Of a DNA stretch of 64,000 nucleotides, positions 45,569 to 54,866 are shown in pieces (position 1 is the first letter of the stretch; the number at the start of each line of letters is the position of its first letter). Under the pieces are notes generated by a model. The model was not told the DNA's origin, ran no database searches, and saw only the letters and a list, made by a program, of their open reading frames with translations. The stretch is from Candidatus Limnocylindrales bacterium (GTDB lineage: Bacteria > Chloroflexota > Limnocylindria > Limnocylindrales > CSP1-4). Position numbers and translations under genes: made by a program. The stretch lies in contig JBBQMH010000003.1 in assembly GCA_038328755.1 (NCBI GenBank), positions 5,652 to 69,651 of the forward strand, in the 5' to 3' direction.

Positions 45569-46411
45569 GTGATCGTGGACCGTATCGATAGCCCAGGTAA
45601 TCCCCGCCTCCGGGCCGCCATCGCGCTGCGCGACCGCGCGGCGAGGATCGAGACGGGTCTGACCATCGTCGACGGAGCCCGCGAGTCGCTCCGGGCCCTT
45701 GAAAGTGGCGTTACAGTCGCGAGTGCCTTCGTGTGCCGGGACCTCGTTCAGGCTGATGACGGTCTGCGCGTGCTGGACCTGCTCGGCGACCGACCCGAGG
45801 TGATCGACGTGAGCCAGCGCGCCCACGACCGGGTCGCGTTTGGAAATCGCGGCGACGGCATCGTGCTCGTCGTCAAACCCGTCGTGCGCGCCCTCGACGA
45901 GCTGGACCCGGGCCCAGCGCCGCTCATCCTCGTGACCGAGGATGTCGAGAAACCCGGGAACCTCGGCGCCATTCTTCGAACCGCCGATGCCGCCGGATGC
46001 AGCGCGGTCATCGCAATCGGGGGCACGGATCTTTTCAATCCCAATGTCATCCGGGCCAGCGTCGGAACCGTCTTTACCGTGCCGGTGACCGCCGCGACGG
46101 CCGATGAAGCCCTCCGCTGGTTGCGGGCCCACGCGATCCGTCGGATTGCCGCCCGGGTGGACGGCTCGGTCTCCTATGCCAGCGCGGACATGACCGGCGG
46201 GGTTGCGCTCATTATGGGAAGCGAGGCATCTGGCCTTTCGCCGGCCTGGGACCAGCACGATGTCCAGGGCGTGGCGATCCGCATGGACGGCGTCGCCGAC
46301 AGCCTCAACGTTGCGGCCACCGCGGCGATCCTCGCCTTTGAGGCCCGCCGCCAGCGAGATCAGTTGAAGATCACCCCCCAGCCAGGAACCAGGGAGCCAC
46401 TCGATGCCTGA
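45569..46411 (+). CDS. TrmH/SpoU-family RNA 2'-O-methyltransferase
   Basis: Has ..VEKPGNLGAILRTADAAG.., ..LIMGSEASGLS.. and ..IRMDGVADSLNVAATAAILAFE.. (SpoU motifs 1-3). GTG 45569 lies 2 nt after the upstream stop. Confidence 0.85.
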   Translation: MIVDRIDSPGNPRLRAAIALRDRAARIETGLTIVDGARESLRALESGVTVASAFVCRDLVQADDGLRVLDLLGDRPEVIDVSQRAHDRVAFGNRGDGIVLVVKPVVRALDELDPGPAPLILVTEDVEKPGNLGAILRTADAAGCSAVIAIGGTDLFNPNVIRASVGTVFTVPVTAATADEALRWLRAHAIRRIAARVDGSVSYASADMTGGVALIMGSEASGLSPAWDQHDVQGVAIRMDGVADSLNVAATAAILAFEARRQRDQLKITPQPGTREPLDA

Positions 46412-47789
46412 CACGTCCGTTGACTTCGCGATTATCGGAGCCGGCCCGGCCGGCGAGGCCGCCGCCTACGCTGCGCGGCAGCGCGGCGCATCCGTCGCCA
46501 TCATCGACCAGCGCTGGTTCGGCGGGAGCTGTCCGAACATCGGATGCGTTCCGTCCAAGGCGCTCCTGAACTCCGCCGCGCTGCACCACGCAAACCCCGC
46601 GCGCTACGACTGGTCCCGCGCCTCGGCCCGGCGTGACTACATGATCAACAGGCCTGCTGAAGCAGCGGAACCCGACGACTCCTCTCACGCGCGTGCACTC
46701 ACCGAAGCTGGTGCCAGCGTATGGCGGGGCGTTGGACGTATCGTTGAGCGCGGGATCGTCGAGGTGGTCCACGATGGGCAGAGACACCTGATCAAGGCGA
46801 CCAACGTCATGATCGCGACCGGGTCGAGCTCACGATACCCCGACATCCCCGGACTGGATGAAGTCCGGCCCTGGACCAACGAGCAGGCCACGCTCGCCCG
46901 CGAGCTGCCAGCGTCGCTCCTGGTACTCGGCGGCGGCCCTACGGGCTGCGAGCTGGCTCAGGTCTACGCTCGCTTCGGAGTTCCAGTCACGATCGTCCAA
47001 TCGGGACCGCGCCTGGCCCCGACGGACCACCCGCGGAACTCGGAGGTTCTCCTCGCAGCCCTCCTCCGCGATGGGGTCGACGTCCGCCTGAACGTCCGCG
47101 CAACGGCCGCCCATGCGGGCGCCGGCCAGGATGGCGCCCACGTGATCGACCTGGGCGACGGCTCCACGGCGTCCGGGCATGTCGTCCTGCTTGCCGTGGG
47201 GCGGGACGTGGCGCTTGGCGATATCGGGCTCGAGGCGTATGGCGTCGACGCGAGCGGGCGCACGCCCCTCGTGCGCGATGGTCGCCTCCGGCTGGCGGAG
47301 GGGCTGTGGGTCATCGGCGATCCAGCCGGCCCAGAGCTGCACACTCACCAGGCGCATTACCAGGGCGAGATGGCCGCGCGCATGGCCCTCGGGGATTCCG
47401 TTCGACCCGATTACCGCGGCCTCCCGCGCGCAACGTACATGGATCCAGAGGCGGCCTCTGTTGGATTGACGCTGGAACAGGCCCTCGAAGCGGGCCTCGA
47501 TGCCGTCGAGTTCACGGCTGATTTCGCGCGGACCGCCAAGGGATACTCCGTCGAGGCGGAGCTCGGCCACGTGACGATCATCCTGGATCGAGCGAGCCGG
47601 GAGCTGGTGGGCGCGGCCATCGCGAGCCCGGATGCGTCCGCCGCGATCCACGAGTGCGTCCTGGCGATCCGGGCGCACGTGAACCTCGATGTCCTGGCCG
47701 ACACGATCCACGCGTTTCCGTCCACTTCGCGCATTCTCAACGGGCTGTTCGCCGAGGCTCTCGCAGCCATCCCGGCTCGCAAGACCTAG
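46404..47789 (+). CDS. FAD-dependent pyridine nucleotide-disulfide oxidoreductase (class I flavoprotein disulfide reductase family)
   Basis: Has DFAIIGAGPAGEAAA (FAD GxGxxG), the redox-active GGSCPNIGCVPSK, the NAD site LLVLGGGPTGCE, and a C-terminal dimerisation domain with ..IHAFPSTS... Substrate unknown. Confidence 0.85.
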   Translation: MPDTSVDFAIIGAGPAGEAAAYAARQRGASVAIIDQRWFGGSCPNIGCVPSKALLNSAALHHANPARYDWSRASARRDYMINRPAEAAEPDDSSHARALTEAGASVWRGVGRIVERGIVEVVHDGQRHLIKATNVMIATGSSSRYPDIPGLDEVRPWTNEQATLARELPASLLVLGGGPTGCELAQVYARFGVPVTIVQSGPRLAPTDHPRNSEVLLAALLRDGVDVRLNVRATAAHAGAGQDGAHVIDLGDGSTASGHVVLLAVGRDVALGDIGLEAYGVDASGRTPLVRDGRLRLAEGLWVIGDPAGPELHTHQAHYQGEMAARMALGDSVRPDYRGLPRATYMDPEAASVGLTLEQALEAGLDAVEFTADFARTAKGYSVEAELGHVTIILDRASRELVGAAIASPDASAAIHECVLAIRAHVNLDVLADTIHAFPSTSRILNGLFAEALAAIPARKT

Positions 47790-49402
47790 AGGTCGACGAC
47801 GACCTCGCCGCCGACCATCACGAGTCTCGGCCGCACCGTGGCAAAGGCTGCCCTCGCCGCTTCGGTTTCGCGGGGGGCTGGGGGTAAGACCATCAGGTCT
47901 GCCCGACATCCAGGCATCAGGCGTCCGCGATCCAGCTCGCGGGTGGTCAGCGCTGGGCCGAGCACGGCTGCCCTGAGCGCGGTCGCGAGGTCAAGGGCCT
48001 CGTCAGGCCCGAAGGCGGCTGCATCCGGACCCCAGGACGGGTCGCGGCGCAGGACCGAGAGGGCGATGCCCGGCCAGGGGTCGATCGGCTCGACCGGGGC
48101 ATCCGTACCGAAGGCGATGACGGCGCCGGCTTCCGCGAGCGAGCGCCACGCGTAGCCGGACGCCTCCGCCCGCGGGCCCCATTCGCGTCGGGCCGTTTCG
48201 GCATCCTCGCGCAGGTGGACCGGCTGGATGGACGCGGCGATGCCCAGCTCCGGAAAGCGGCGACGGTCAGACGGATGGACGAGCTGAAGGTGCTCCACGC
48301 GGGGCATCAGCGGGGTGGTCGGTACGGTTGGGGCGAGGGCATCGAGGGCGGCCCGCACCGCGGCGTCGCCGATCGCGTGGACCTGGGTTGCGATGCCTGC
48401 CGAAGCAGCGCGCTCCGCGAGTAGCGCGAGTTGCTCGGCATCCGCTCGAAGGAGTCCGAAATCGGTCGTGCCTTCCCGTGGCTCGAGAAGGGCGGCGGTC
48501 CCGGAACCAAGCGTCCCGTCGGCAAAGGCCTTCAGCCATCCGACGCGCGCCATTCCTTCCGGATCCGCGCCAAGCGGGGCCCCGCTCCTGAAGCCTCGCT
48601 CGATTGCCGCACCGAGATGTTCGGGCGCGAGGCTGGCATGGACGCGGACCGGCAGTTCCCCGGCTTCGGCCAGATGGGCGTAAACGTCGAGCGATCGCAG
48701 TCCCGAATCGGCCGACACGCCCCCCGGGTCGTGGACGCCGACGACGCCGAGAGCGAGCAACGCACGCCCGAGGGTTCCGATGGCGCGGTGCATCGTCGGC
48801 TCATCAGCTGGTGGAACGTGGGTCATGACCAGCGAGCAGGCATCCTCGAGGACGACACCCTCAGGCTCGCCTGCCTGGGTCCTCCGAATGATTCCGCCGG
48901 GCGGTTCGCTCGTGCGCGCATCGATCCCGGCGATCTTCAGCGCCGTAGGCGAGGCCCACAGCGCGTGGTGATCGAATGACCAGAGTGCCACGGGACGGCC
49001 CGGCGCCGCGCGGTCCAGATCGGCGGCGGTCGGCCAGCTGCCCCAGCGGCGCTGGTCCCAGCCGCCGCCCTGGATCCACGCCCCGCGCGGGAGCGTCCGA
49101 TCTGCCTCGGCCACCTGGGCGAGACCGCTGGTCAGGCTGGGGGCCTCGGTCAGGTTCAGCTGCTCAAGCGCCAACGCCGCGCCAAGGTAGTGAAGATGTG
49201 CATCGGTGATCCCCGGGAGCGCGATCTCGCCGGGGGCGAGATCGATTCGAAGGGTGTGCGGATCCGCACGTGTCTCGAGCTCGACAGCACTGCCGGCGAA
49301 GGCAACTCGCCCCCCTCGGATTCCGATCGCCTCCACCCATCCAAACCCGGTCTCCCCGGTAAACGTGGCGATCCGGCCGGTCACGAGCGCGTCGAGCGGC
49401 AT
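47786..49402 (-). CDS. amidohydrolase (Amidohydro_3 / YtcJ-like)
   Basis: 538 aa. Has ..LPGITDAHLHY.. (HxH metal site), ..VHAIGD.. and ..FGTDAPVEP... Confidence 0.85.
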   Translation of the reverse strand: MPLDALVTGRIATFTGETGFGWVEAIGIRGGRVAFAGSAVELETRADPHTLRIDLAPGEIALPGITDAHLHYLGAALALEQLNLTEAPSLTSGLAQVAEADRTLPRGAWIQGGGWDQRRWGSWPTAADLDRAAPGRPVALWSFDHHALWASPTALKIAGIDARTSEPPGGIIRRTQAGEPEGVVLEDACSLVMTHVPPADEPTMHRAIGTLGRALLALGVVGVHDPGGVSADSGLRSLDVYAHLAEAGELPVRVHASLAPEHLGAAIERGFRSGAPLGADPEGMARVGWLKAFADGTLGSGTAALLEPREGTTDFGLLRADAEQLALLAERAASAGIATQVHAIGDAAVRAALDALAPTVPTTPLMPRVEHLQLVHPSDRRRFPELGIAASIQPVHLREDAETARREWGPRAEASGYAWRSLAEAGAVIAFGTDAPVEPIDPWPGIALSVLRRDPSWGPDAAAFGPDEALDLATALRAAVLGPALTTRELDRGRLMPGCRADLMVLPPAPRETEAARAAFATVRPRLVMVGGEVVVDL

Positions 49403-50391
49403 CAGGCGGCCCCTGGTGTGCCGGCGAGGAGTGCGGCGAGCGCAGTGCCGTCGAGTCCGGCGCCGATCCCGAGGGCCAGGGCAATCCGCGCCTTTGGGCC
49501 TGACAGGTGTCCGGCAAGCATGGCCCCAGCCTTGACCCAGGTCGCTCCCCCACCCGGAAACGCGTATGCCGTGCCCGCCTCACCGGCCGCGCAGCGGGTT
49601 ACCAGGACCACCGGCACGCCACGATCGATGAGTAGCCGCGTGGCGGCGAGCAGACCAGCCGACGTGTTGCCCGAGCCGGTGCCCTCGACCACCAGACCGG
49701 AGACGCCGGCCCCCTCGAGCGCTTCGACGATCGATCCATCCATGGCCACGTGCGCGGTGATCAAGCGAACGTTCGGCGCAGCCGTCGCGGTAGCGACCCG
49801 CCTCCGGGGACCTCGCCGACGCAGCGCCTCGATCCCGGACTCGGTGATCGAGGCCAGCGGCCCATCATTGAGGCTCTGGAATGTATCCAGCGCTGTCGCG
49901 TGCGTCTTGGTGACGTCATCCGCGGCATGGACCGCCCCATCGAGGCACGTCACGACGCCCTCGCCGTGAAATCGCGGATCCAGCGCGACCATCACCGAGT
50001 GGCGTAGGTTTGCCGGACCGTCGTATCCGGAATCGGACGCCGACCGCATCGCGCCGGTTACGACCACCGGCACCCGTGCGTCGAGGATCAGGTCCCAGAA
50101 GAACGCCGTCTCCTCGAGCACATCAGTTCCCTGAACGACCACGATTCCGTCGGTCGCCGGATCCGCCGCCGCTGACTCGATCGCGCGTGCGACCTCGAAC
50201 AGCTGATCGAACGAGAAGTGACTGGCCGGGGTCCGACCCAGGTCAACCGCAACGACGTCCGCCAGCTCCGACAATCCCGGTGTCTGGCGCAGGATCGCCT
50301 CGCCGTCGAGAACCGGCACGTTCCCGCCAAGCGCGGGGTCATGCCGCATGCTGATCGTCCCGCCGGTGAAGATGGCGACCACCCGGCTCAT
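49402..50391 (-). CDS. ansA: L-asparaginase (type I-like)
   Basis: Has MSRVVAIFTGGTISM (TGGTI active-site Thr), ..GIVVVQGTDVLEETA.. and ..VVVTGAMRS... Confidence 0.88.
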   Translation of the reverse strand: MSRVVAIFTGGTISMRHDPALGGNVPVLDGEAILRQTPGLSELADVVAVDLGRTPASHFSFDQLFEVARAIESAAADPATDGIVVVQGTDVLEETAFFWDLILDARVPVVVTGAMRSASDSGYDGPANLRHSVMVALDPRFHGEGVVTCLDGAVHAADDVTKTHATALDTFQSLNDGPLASITESGIEALRRRGPRRRVATATAAPNVRLITAHVAMDGSIVEALEGAGVSGLVVEGTGSGNTSAGLLAATRLLIDRGVPVVLVTRCAAGEAGTAYAFPGGGATWVKAGAMLAGHLSGPKARIALALGIGAGLDGTALAALLAGTPGAA

Positions 50392-51749
50392 CCCGAAGTT
50401 CCCGCGCGCGCCGTCTTGTCGAACCGTGGGCGGCCGCGCCGGAATGCGATTCTCCAGAGGGCCCCCGGGACCGCCACCAGCCAGACGGCGCTGAACATCG
50501 CTACCCGAACGGAACGCAGCGTGCGTTCCCAGATCGGGACCGAGCCCCGCTGATCAGGCCGATCCCAGCGAAGGGCATCGAACGCCAGTGCACCACCTGC
50601 CAGCAGGTAGATGGCGATCAGGACCGGTGCGGGCCCGGGACGGAGGTTGACAACGGCACCGACCATGGCACCGAGGATGATCGGTGGCGCCATGAGCTGC
50701 ACGCCGTACACGGCGAAGTCCCATCGAGCCCGCCCGCTGAGCCGGGTGCTCCCTATGGTTGCCGGGCCAAACTCAAGAAATCGACGGATGGCGCCCTCGC
50801 TCCAGCGGAGCCGTTGACGCCATAGTCCGCGCCACGTCGGAACGGCCTCTTCCCGGACCACGAGATCGAGGGCCCAGGCCACGGTGACGCCTTCCTGTGC
50901 GGCGAGTCGCGTGGAGAGGTCCAGATCCTCGGTCAGCGTGCCCGGACGGAAGCCGCCGACGGCCATCAGCAGATCTCGCCGGATCACCATCCCGTTGCCC
51001 CGGAATTCGGAACAGCCGCCGGCTGCCCACCGACCGCGCTGCAGTTCGCCGTCCTGCGTCTCCTCGTCCTCCTGGATCGTGGCGAGGATGGATGCATCCG
51101 CGTGCAGGACCCGGCGCCTGGCCGTCAGGGCGGGGACGCCGCGCGAGACATACCCTGCGGCCCGCCTGAGAAAGTCCGGATCCAGCCGGGCATCCGCATC
51201 GAGCACGACGATCACGTCCCCGGCAGCCGAACCCGGCGAGGCCGCCGCGAGGGCCGCGCCCTTGCCGTCGATCAGACCCCGGCCTTCCCGACGAACGACC
51301 GCCACCGAGTCGGCGATCCCGTGGGCCAGGGCCGCAGACCGTACGGCATCCGCAGTCCCATCCCGCGAGCGGTCGTCCACGACGATGATGTCGAACCGGG
51401 GGTGGCCGTCGGATCCCCGGTGGGTCTGCGCAGCCAGATCCTCAATGAGCCGCGGCAGCACGCTCACCTCGTCACGCGCGGCAACCAGGACCGTGATCGT
51501 CGGCAGTTCAGCCCGGCCCTCCCGGTCGACGGGTTCCGGCGCCACGGGTGGACGTCGACTGCCCCACATGATCGGCGCGAGGCCGGCGAACACGAGCACG
51601 GCAAAGCCGCTCGCGAGCCAGCGATCCAGGCCGCTGCCGGCGGCCAGGAGTCCTGTGATCAGCCCGCCTCCGAGGATCAGGCCTGCGGCTATCCGCCAGC
51701 CTGCCGGCGTACCCGTCAGTGCAGCCTGGCCCGGATCACGCCCCGGCAT
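50388..51749 (-). CDS. membrane-embedded processive family-2 glycosyltransferase
   Basis: Has ..ITVLVAARDE.., ..IIVVDDRSRDGT.., ..VVLDADA.., ..LTEDLDLS.. and ..QRLRW.. (D,D,D,QxxRW set), flanked by TM segments. ATG 51749 overlaps the MFS gene end by 14 nt. Confidence 0.8.
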   Translation of the reverse strand: MPGRDPGQAALTGTPAGWRIAAGLILGGGLITGLLAAGSGLDRWLASGFAVLVFAGLAPIMWGSRRPPVAPEPVDREGRAELPTITVLVAARDEVSVLPRLIEDLAAQTHRGSDGHPRFDIIVVDDRSRDGTADAVRSAALAHGIADSVAVVRREGRGLIDGKGAALAAASPGSAAGDVIVVLDADARLDPDFLRRAAGYVSRGVPALTARRRVLHADASILATIQEDEETQDGELQRGRWAAGGCSEFRGNGMVIRRDLLMAVGGFRPGTLTEDLDLSTRLAAQEGVTVAWALDLVVREEAVPTWRGLWRQRLRWSEGAIRRFLEFGPATIGSTRLSGRARWDFAVYGVQLMAPPIILGAMVGAVVNLRPGPAPVLIAIYLLAGGALAFDALRWDRPDQRGSVPIWERTLRSVRVAMFSAVWLVAVPGALWRIAFRRGRPRFDKTARAGTSG

Positions 51750-53181
51750 CGGACGCCATGTCGTCGTCAGCCCTGGCCTCGTCGCTGCGCCGTGCGACGC
51801 CGATCGGATCCAGCGCCGTACTCGGCGCGATCGTGTGGGCGATGGCCAGCCCTTCGGCGTGTTCCAGGGGGCCGCGTCGAACGATGGAGACCACACCGGA
51901 CAGGACGATGAGGGACGCGACGACAAGCAGGACGGTCGTGGTTCCGAGGAGGTCCGAGATCGGCCCGACGATGATGATCGGCAGGAAGCTGCCAACCGAG
52001 ACCAGCATGTTGAGGACTCCGAACACTCGGCCCCGTGCCTCCTCGGGAATGTCCTCCTGGAGCTGCGTCTGACTCGAAATCGCGACGATGCCATAGGCGA
52101 TGCCGGCTAGGAATGCCATCACGATCACGACGGCGACGAGCGTCGTGAGGGATCCCAGATCAGGGGTCGGCCCAAATTGGCCGACGAGCGCTCGACTGAC
52201 AGGCCCGGCGGCCGTCAGCGCGACGAGCATGAGGCCGAGGGCGATCAGACCACCTTCAATCGCCCGACGCCGATGCACGAGGCGTCCGTAGGCGTTCAGC
52301 AGAAGCACGCCCATCACGATCCCCGTTCCAAGCGGGAGCACGACCAGAATGAGGTCCTGCGCCTTGAGACCCAGGGTCGCCTGGGCGAACGACGGCCCGA
52401 GGACCCCGATCACCCCGACCAGCGAGGCTGCGATTGCGAGATAGCCCAACGACCAGCTGATCGCCCGGTTCGAGCGGATGTATGCGGCTCCCTCGGTCAA
52501 CTGGGCGAAGGTGCTGTGCACGGCATCGCCAGCGTCATGGAGCGGATCGGAATGGACCTCCGGGGCCGGCCCAGGATCGTTGGATGGCAGCGTGGCGCAC
52601 AGGATGGCCGAGATGACGTACAGGACGGCCACGGCCAGCAGAACCGGCTCCGGCCCGCCGGCGATCTTGACGATGAGCGGTCCAAGGAGCGCATAGCCAA
52701 CGGCAAAGGCCCCGTTCAACGTCAACGTGAACAGACCGTTGGCGCTGATGAGCTGATGCTTCGGCACGAGGTTCGGGATCATCGCGGCCTCGGCCGGCGC
52801 GAAGAACACCGTCAGCGACGAGACGACGATGTTCAAGAGCAGGATCAGGGTGACATTCCCGCCGACGGCCCAGATTGCGACCATGACGGCCGCTCGCAGG
52901 ACGTTCGTCATGACCAGGACCATGCGCCGATCCATCCGGTCCACGTAGACCCCGGCCAGGGCCGACAGCAGGACCGCTGGAACCAGGAAGGTCAGGAACA
53001 GCGCCGACACCGCGGATGACAGGTTCGTGGCCTCCAGGACCACGACCGTCAGCCCGTACAGCACCATGTTGGAGCCGACCTGGGTGGCAAGCTGCGAGAG
53101 CCAGAGCAGCAGAAACGGTCGGTTCTTCAGGACGGCGGCCGTCCCGGTGGCCCCTCCTGGCGCTGTCGCCTCTGACGTCAC
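51736..53181 (-). CDS. MFS transporter
   Basis: 481 aa with about 12 hydrophobic segments. ..YVDRMDRRMVLVMTN.. is the MFS loop 2-3 motif. Confidence 0.88.
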   Translation of the reverse strand: MTSEATAPGGATGTAAVLKNRPFLLLWLSQLATQVGSNMVLYGLTVVVLEATNLSSAVSALFLTFLVPAVLLSALAGVYVDRMDRRMVLVMTNVLRAAVMVAIWAVGGNVTLILLLNIVVSSLTVFFAPAEAAMIPNLVPKHQLISANGLFTLTLNGAFAVGYALLGPLIVKIAGGPEPVLLAVAVLYVISAILCATLPSNDPGPAPEVHSDPLHDAGDAVHSTFAQLTEGAAYIRSNRAISWSLGYLAIAASLVGVIGVLGPSFAQATLGLKAQDLILVVLPLGTGIVMGVLLLNAYGRLVHRRRAIEGGLIALGLMLVALTAAGPVSRALVGQFGPTPDLGSLTTLVAVVIVMAFLAGIAYGIVAISSQTQLQEDIPEEARGRVFGVLNMLVSVGSFLPIIIVGPISDLLGTTTVLLVVASLIVLSGVVSIVRRGPLEHAEGLAIAHTIAPSTALDPIGVARRSDEARADDDMASDAGA

Positions 53182-53426
53182 GCGGACTGGGTCGGGTCGG
53201 GGCGCAGTGCGGATGTCAGGGCGGGATCTCCGCGGAGCACGAACTCGACGAGGCGAGATTCGAGCGTCCGTCGCTCAAGCATGACGTGGCGTCCGCAGCC
53301 GGTACATCGGAGTCCAATGTCGGCACCAAGTCGGTCGATGAGCCAGTTCGTCGCCCCACAGGCGTGGGCCCGCCGCAGGCGCACGACATCGCCGAGGAGC
53401 AGGCTGGTCACCGGTCGGTATCCCAT
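53178..53426 (-). CDS. DUF951-family small protein
   Basis: ..LGDVVRLRRAHACGATNWLIDRLGADIGLRCTGCGRHVMLERRTLESRL.. matches the DUF951 pattern (GD-v-KK-HPCG..W...R.GaDi...C..C.r.vm..R...Ek). Confidence 0.85.
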   Translation of the reverse strand: MGYRPVTSLLLGDVVRLRRAHACGATNWLIDRLGADIGLRCTGCGRHVMLERRTLESRLVEFVLRGDPALTSALRPDPTQSA

Positions 53427-53438
53427 CGCCGGAGCGTA

Positions 53439-54116
53439 TCAGAGGGTCGGCCGACCGTGGATCGGCGACAGATCGCGCGTGGTCGCCGGAATCTCGATGA
53501 CGTCGAGGGGCGTCACGGAGAAGGCGAGACCCGGATACACGGCGGCGAGCTGGGCGATGATTCCACCAGCCCGGGTGAGGGATCCGGTCAGGATCTCGGG
53601 GCTGCCGATCGCGCGGATCTCGAAGGAACTCCCGAGGGCCTGGTTCTCGACCGACAGCTCGCCGATCCGCCCGGCGACCACCACACCCGGCACCAGGCGG
53701 ACCCCTTCGATCGCAACCGCCTCAGAGCCGGCATTGTGGAGCTCGTTGAGGAAGTCCTCCACGCCCTGCCCGTCGATATCTCCACTGAGACGCACCGCGA
53801 TGCCCGGGCCGGTCACGACCCGGGTGCCCGACCAGGCCTGGATCCGGGTCAGATCGGCGCGAAGTTGTCCGGAAGCACTCTGGCCCCGTGAGCGAGTTTC
53901 CGTCAGGCTGGACAGCTGCCGCTCGAGCCCGGCGACCTCGCCGCGGAGTTCCTCGTTCTGGGTGTTGAGATTCGCGATCAAGAGGGTCAGATCCTGGGCG
54001 GACTGGGCGGCCAATCCCCCACTGACGACCTGCCCGTGGAGTTGCGCCACCACGAGTACACCAAGGATCAGCGAGACCGACGCCACGGCGACACGCTGAC
54101 GCGACTTCGTCAGCAC
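53439..54116 (-). CDS. DUF881-domain protein
   Basis: N-terminal TM helix, coiled segment, then ..VTGPGIAVRLSGD..LNELHNAGSEAVAIEGVRL.., typical DUF881 (YlxW/YlxX-like). Confidence 0.85.
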   Translation of the reverse strand: MLTKSRQRVAVASVSLILGVLVVAQLHGQVVSGGLAAQSAQDLTLLIANLNTQNEELRGEVAGLERQLSSLTETRSRGQSASGQLRADLTRIQAWSGTRVVTGPGIAVRLSGDIDGQGVEDFLNELHNAGSEAVAIEGVRLVPGVVVAGRIGELSVENQALGSSFEIRAIGSPEILTGSLTRAGGIIAQLAAVYPGLAFSVTPLDVIEIPATTRDLSPIHGRPTL

Positions 54117-54866
54117 TCAGGGCACCGATGGCTCGGTGGCGCGCATGAAGCGCACCGTCACGCTGCCCGCGTAGGCCGGGATGGTGACCTCGTCGAGCTC
54201 GGCGAAGGCCAGGCGCAACCCTGAAGGGCCCACCCGATCCTGGACGAACTCGATGAACGAGGCCGCCGAGGTAAGGGTGCCGTAGAGATCCCTGGATCCA
54301 ATGGCCCGGATCTCATACGGCGGAGCGAGATAGGCGCTGTTCACCAGGATCGAGTTCCCGATGTCGAGGATCGCAGTTGGGGCTGCCACGCGTTCGCTAT
54401 TGACCGATATCGCTTCGGCACCCGCGAGCCAGAGCTCCTGGACCAGGATCCGAACGTCGCGGGCGGTCACGAGGCCATCCGCGATGGGTGCGCCCCCGCC
54501 GACATCGGCGTCCTCGAGTCGAAAGACCAGCCCCGATCCACTGAGCTGCACCAGGCCAGCTCCGATGCGCGCCTTTTCGAGTTCGGCGTTCATCTCCTTC
54601 TCCTGGGCGGCCGACGCCGGCAGCTGGCCCTCCAGAGCCCCGAACTGGGCCCGAATATCGAGGATCTGAGCCTTGAGCGCGTCCTGCTGCTTCTGGAGCC
54701 CGAGGACCGTATCGACGAGCGGAGCCCGCTCCTGTGTCGTGTAGCGGATTCGCGGTCCCTCAGAGCTGATCTGCGCGGCGATCAGGAAGCCGAGCACGAG
54801 CAATGCGACCGACAGCGTGACCTGCCAGCTCGGGATCGAGCGAAGACGATCCATCACCGGGCTCAC
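54117..54866 (-). CDS. DUF881-domain protein
   Basis: N-terminal TM helix, coiled coil, then ..LSGSGLVFRLED..VQELWLAGAEAISVNSERV... This is the second DUF881 paralogue and abuts the first with no gap. Confidence 0.85.
   Translation of the reverse strand: MSPVMDRLRSIPSWQVTLSVALLVLGFLIAAQISSEGPRIRYTTQERAPLVDTVLGLQKQQDALKAQILDIRAQFGALEGQLPASAAQEKEMNAELEKARIGAGLVQLSGSGLVFRLEDADVGGGAPIADGLVTARDVRILVQELWLAGAEAISVNSERVAAPTAILDIGNSILVNSAYLAPPYEIRAIGSRDLYGTLTSAASFIEFVQDRVGPSGLRLAFAELDEVTIPAYAGSVTVRFMRATEPSVP

Noticed and set aside
47786-47789. Convergent genes sharing the tetranucleotide CTAG as both stop codons (oxidoreductase + strand, amidohydrolase - strand)
   Set aside because: The overlap is real but trivial. 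It only shows there is no room for a terminator between the two transcription units, and no further functional inference is justified.
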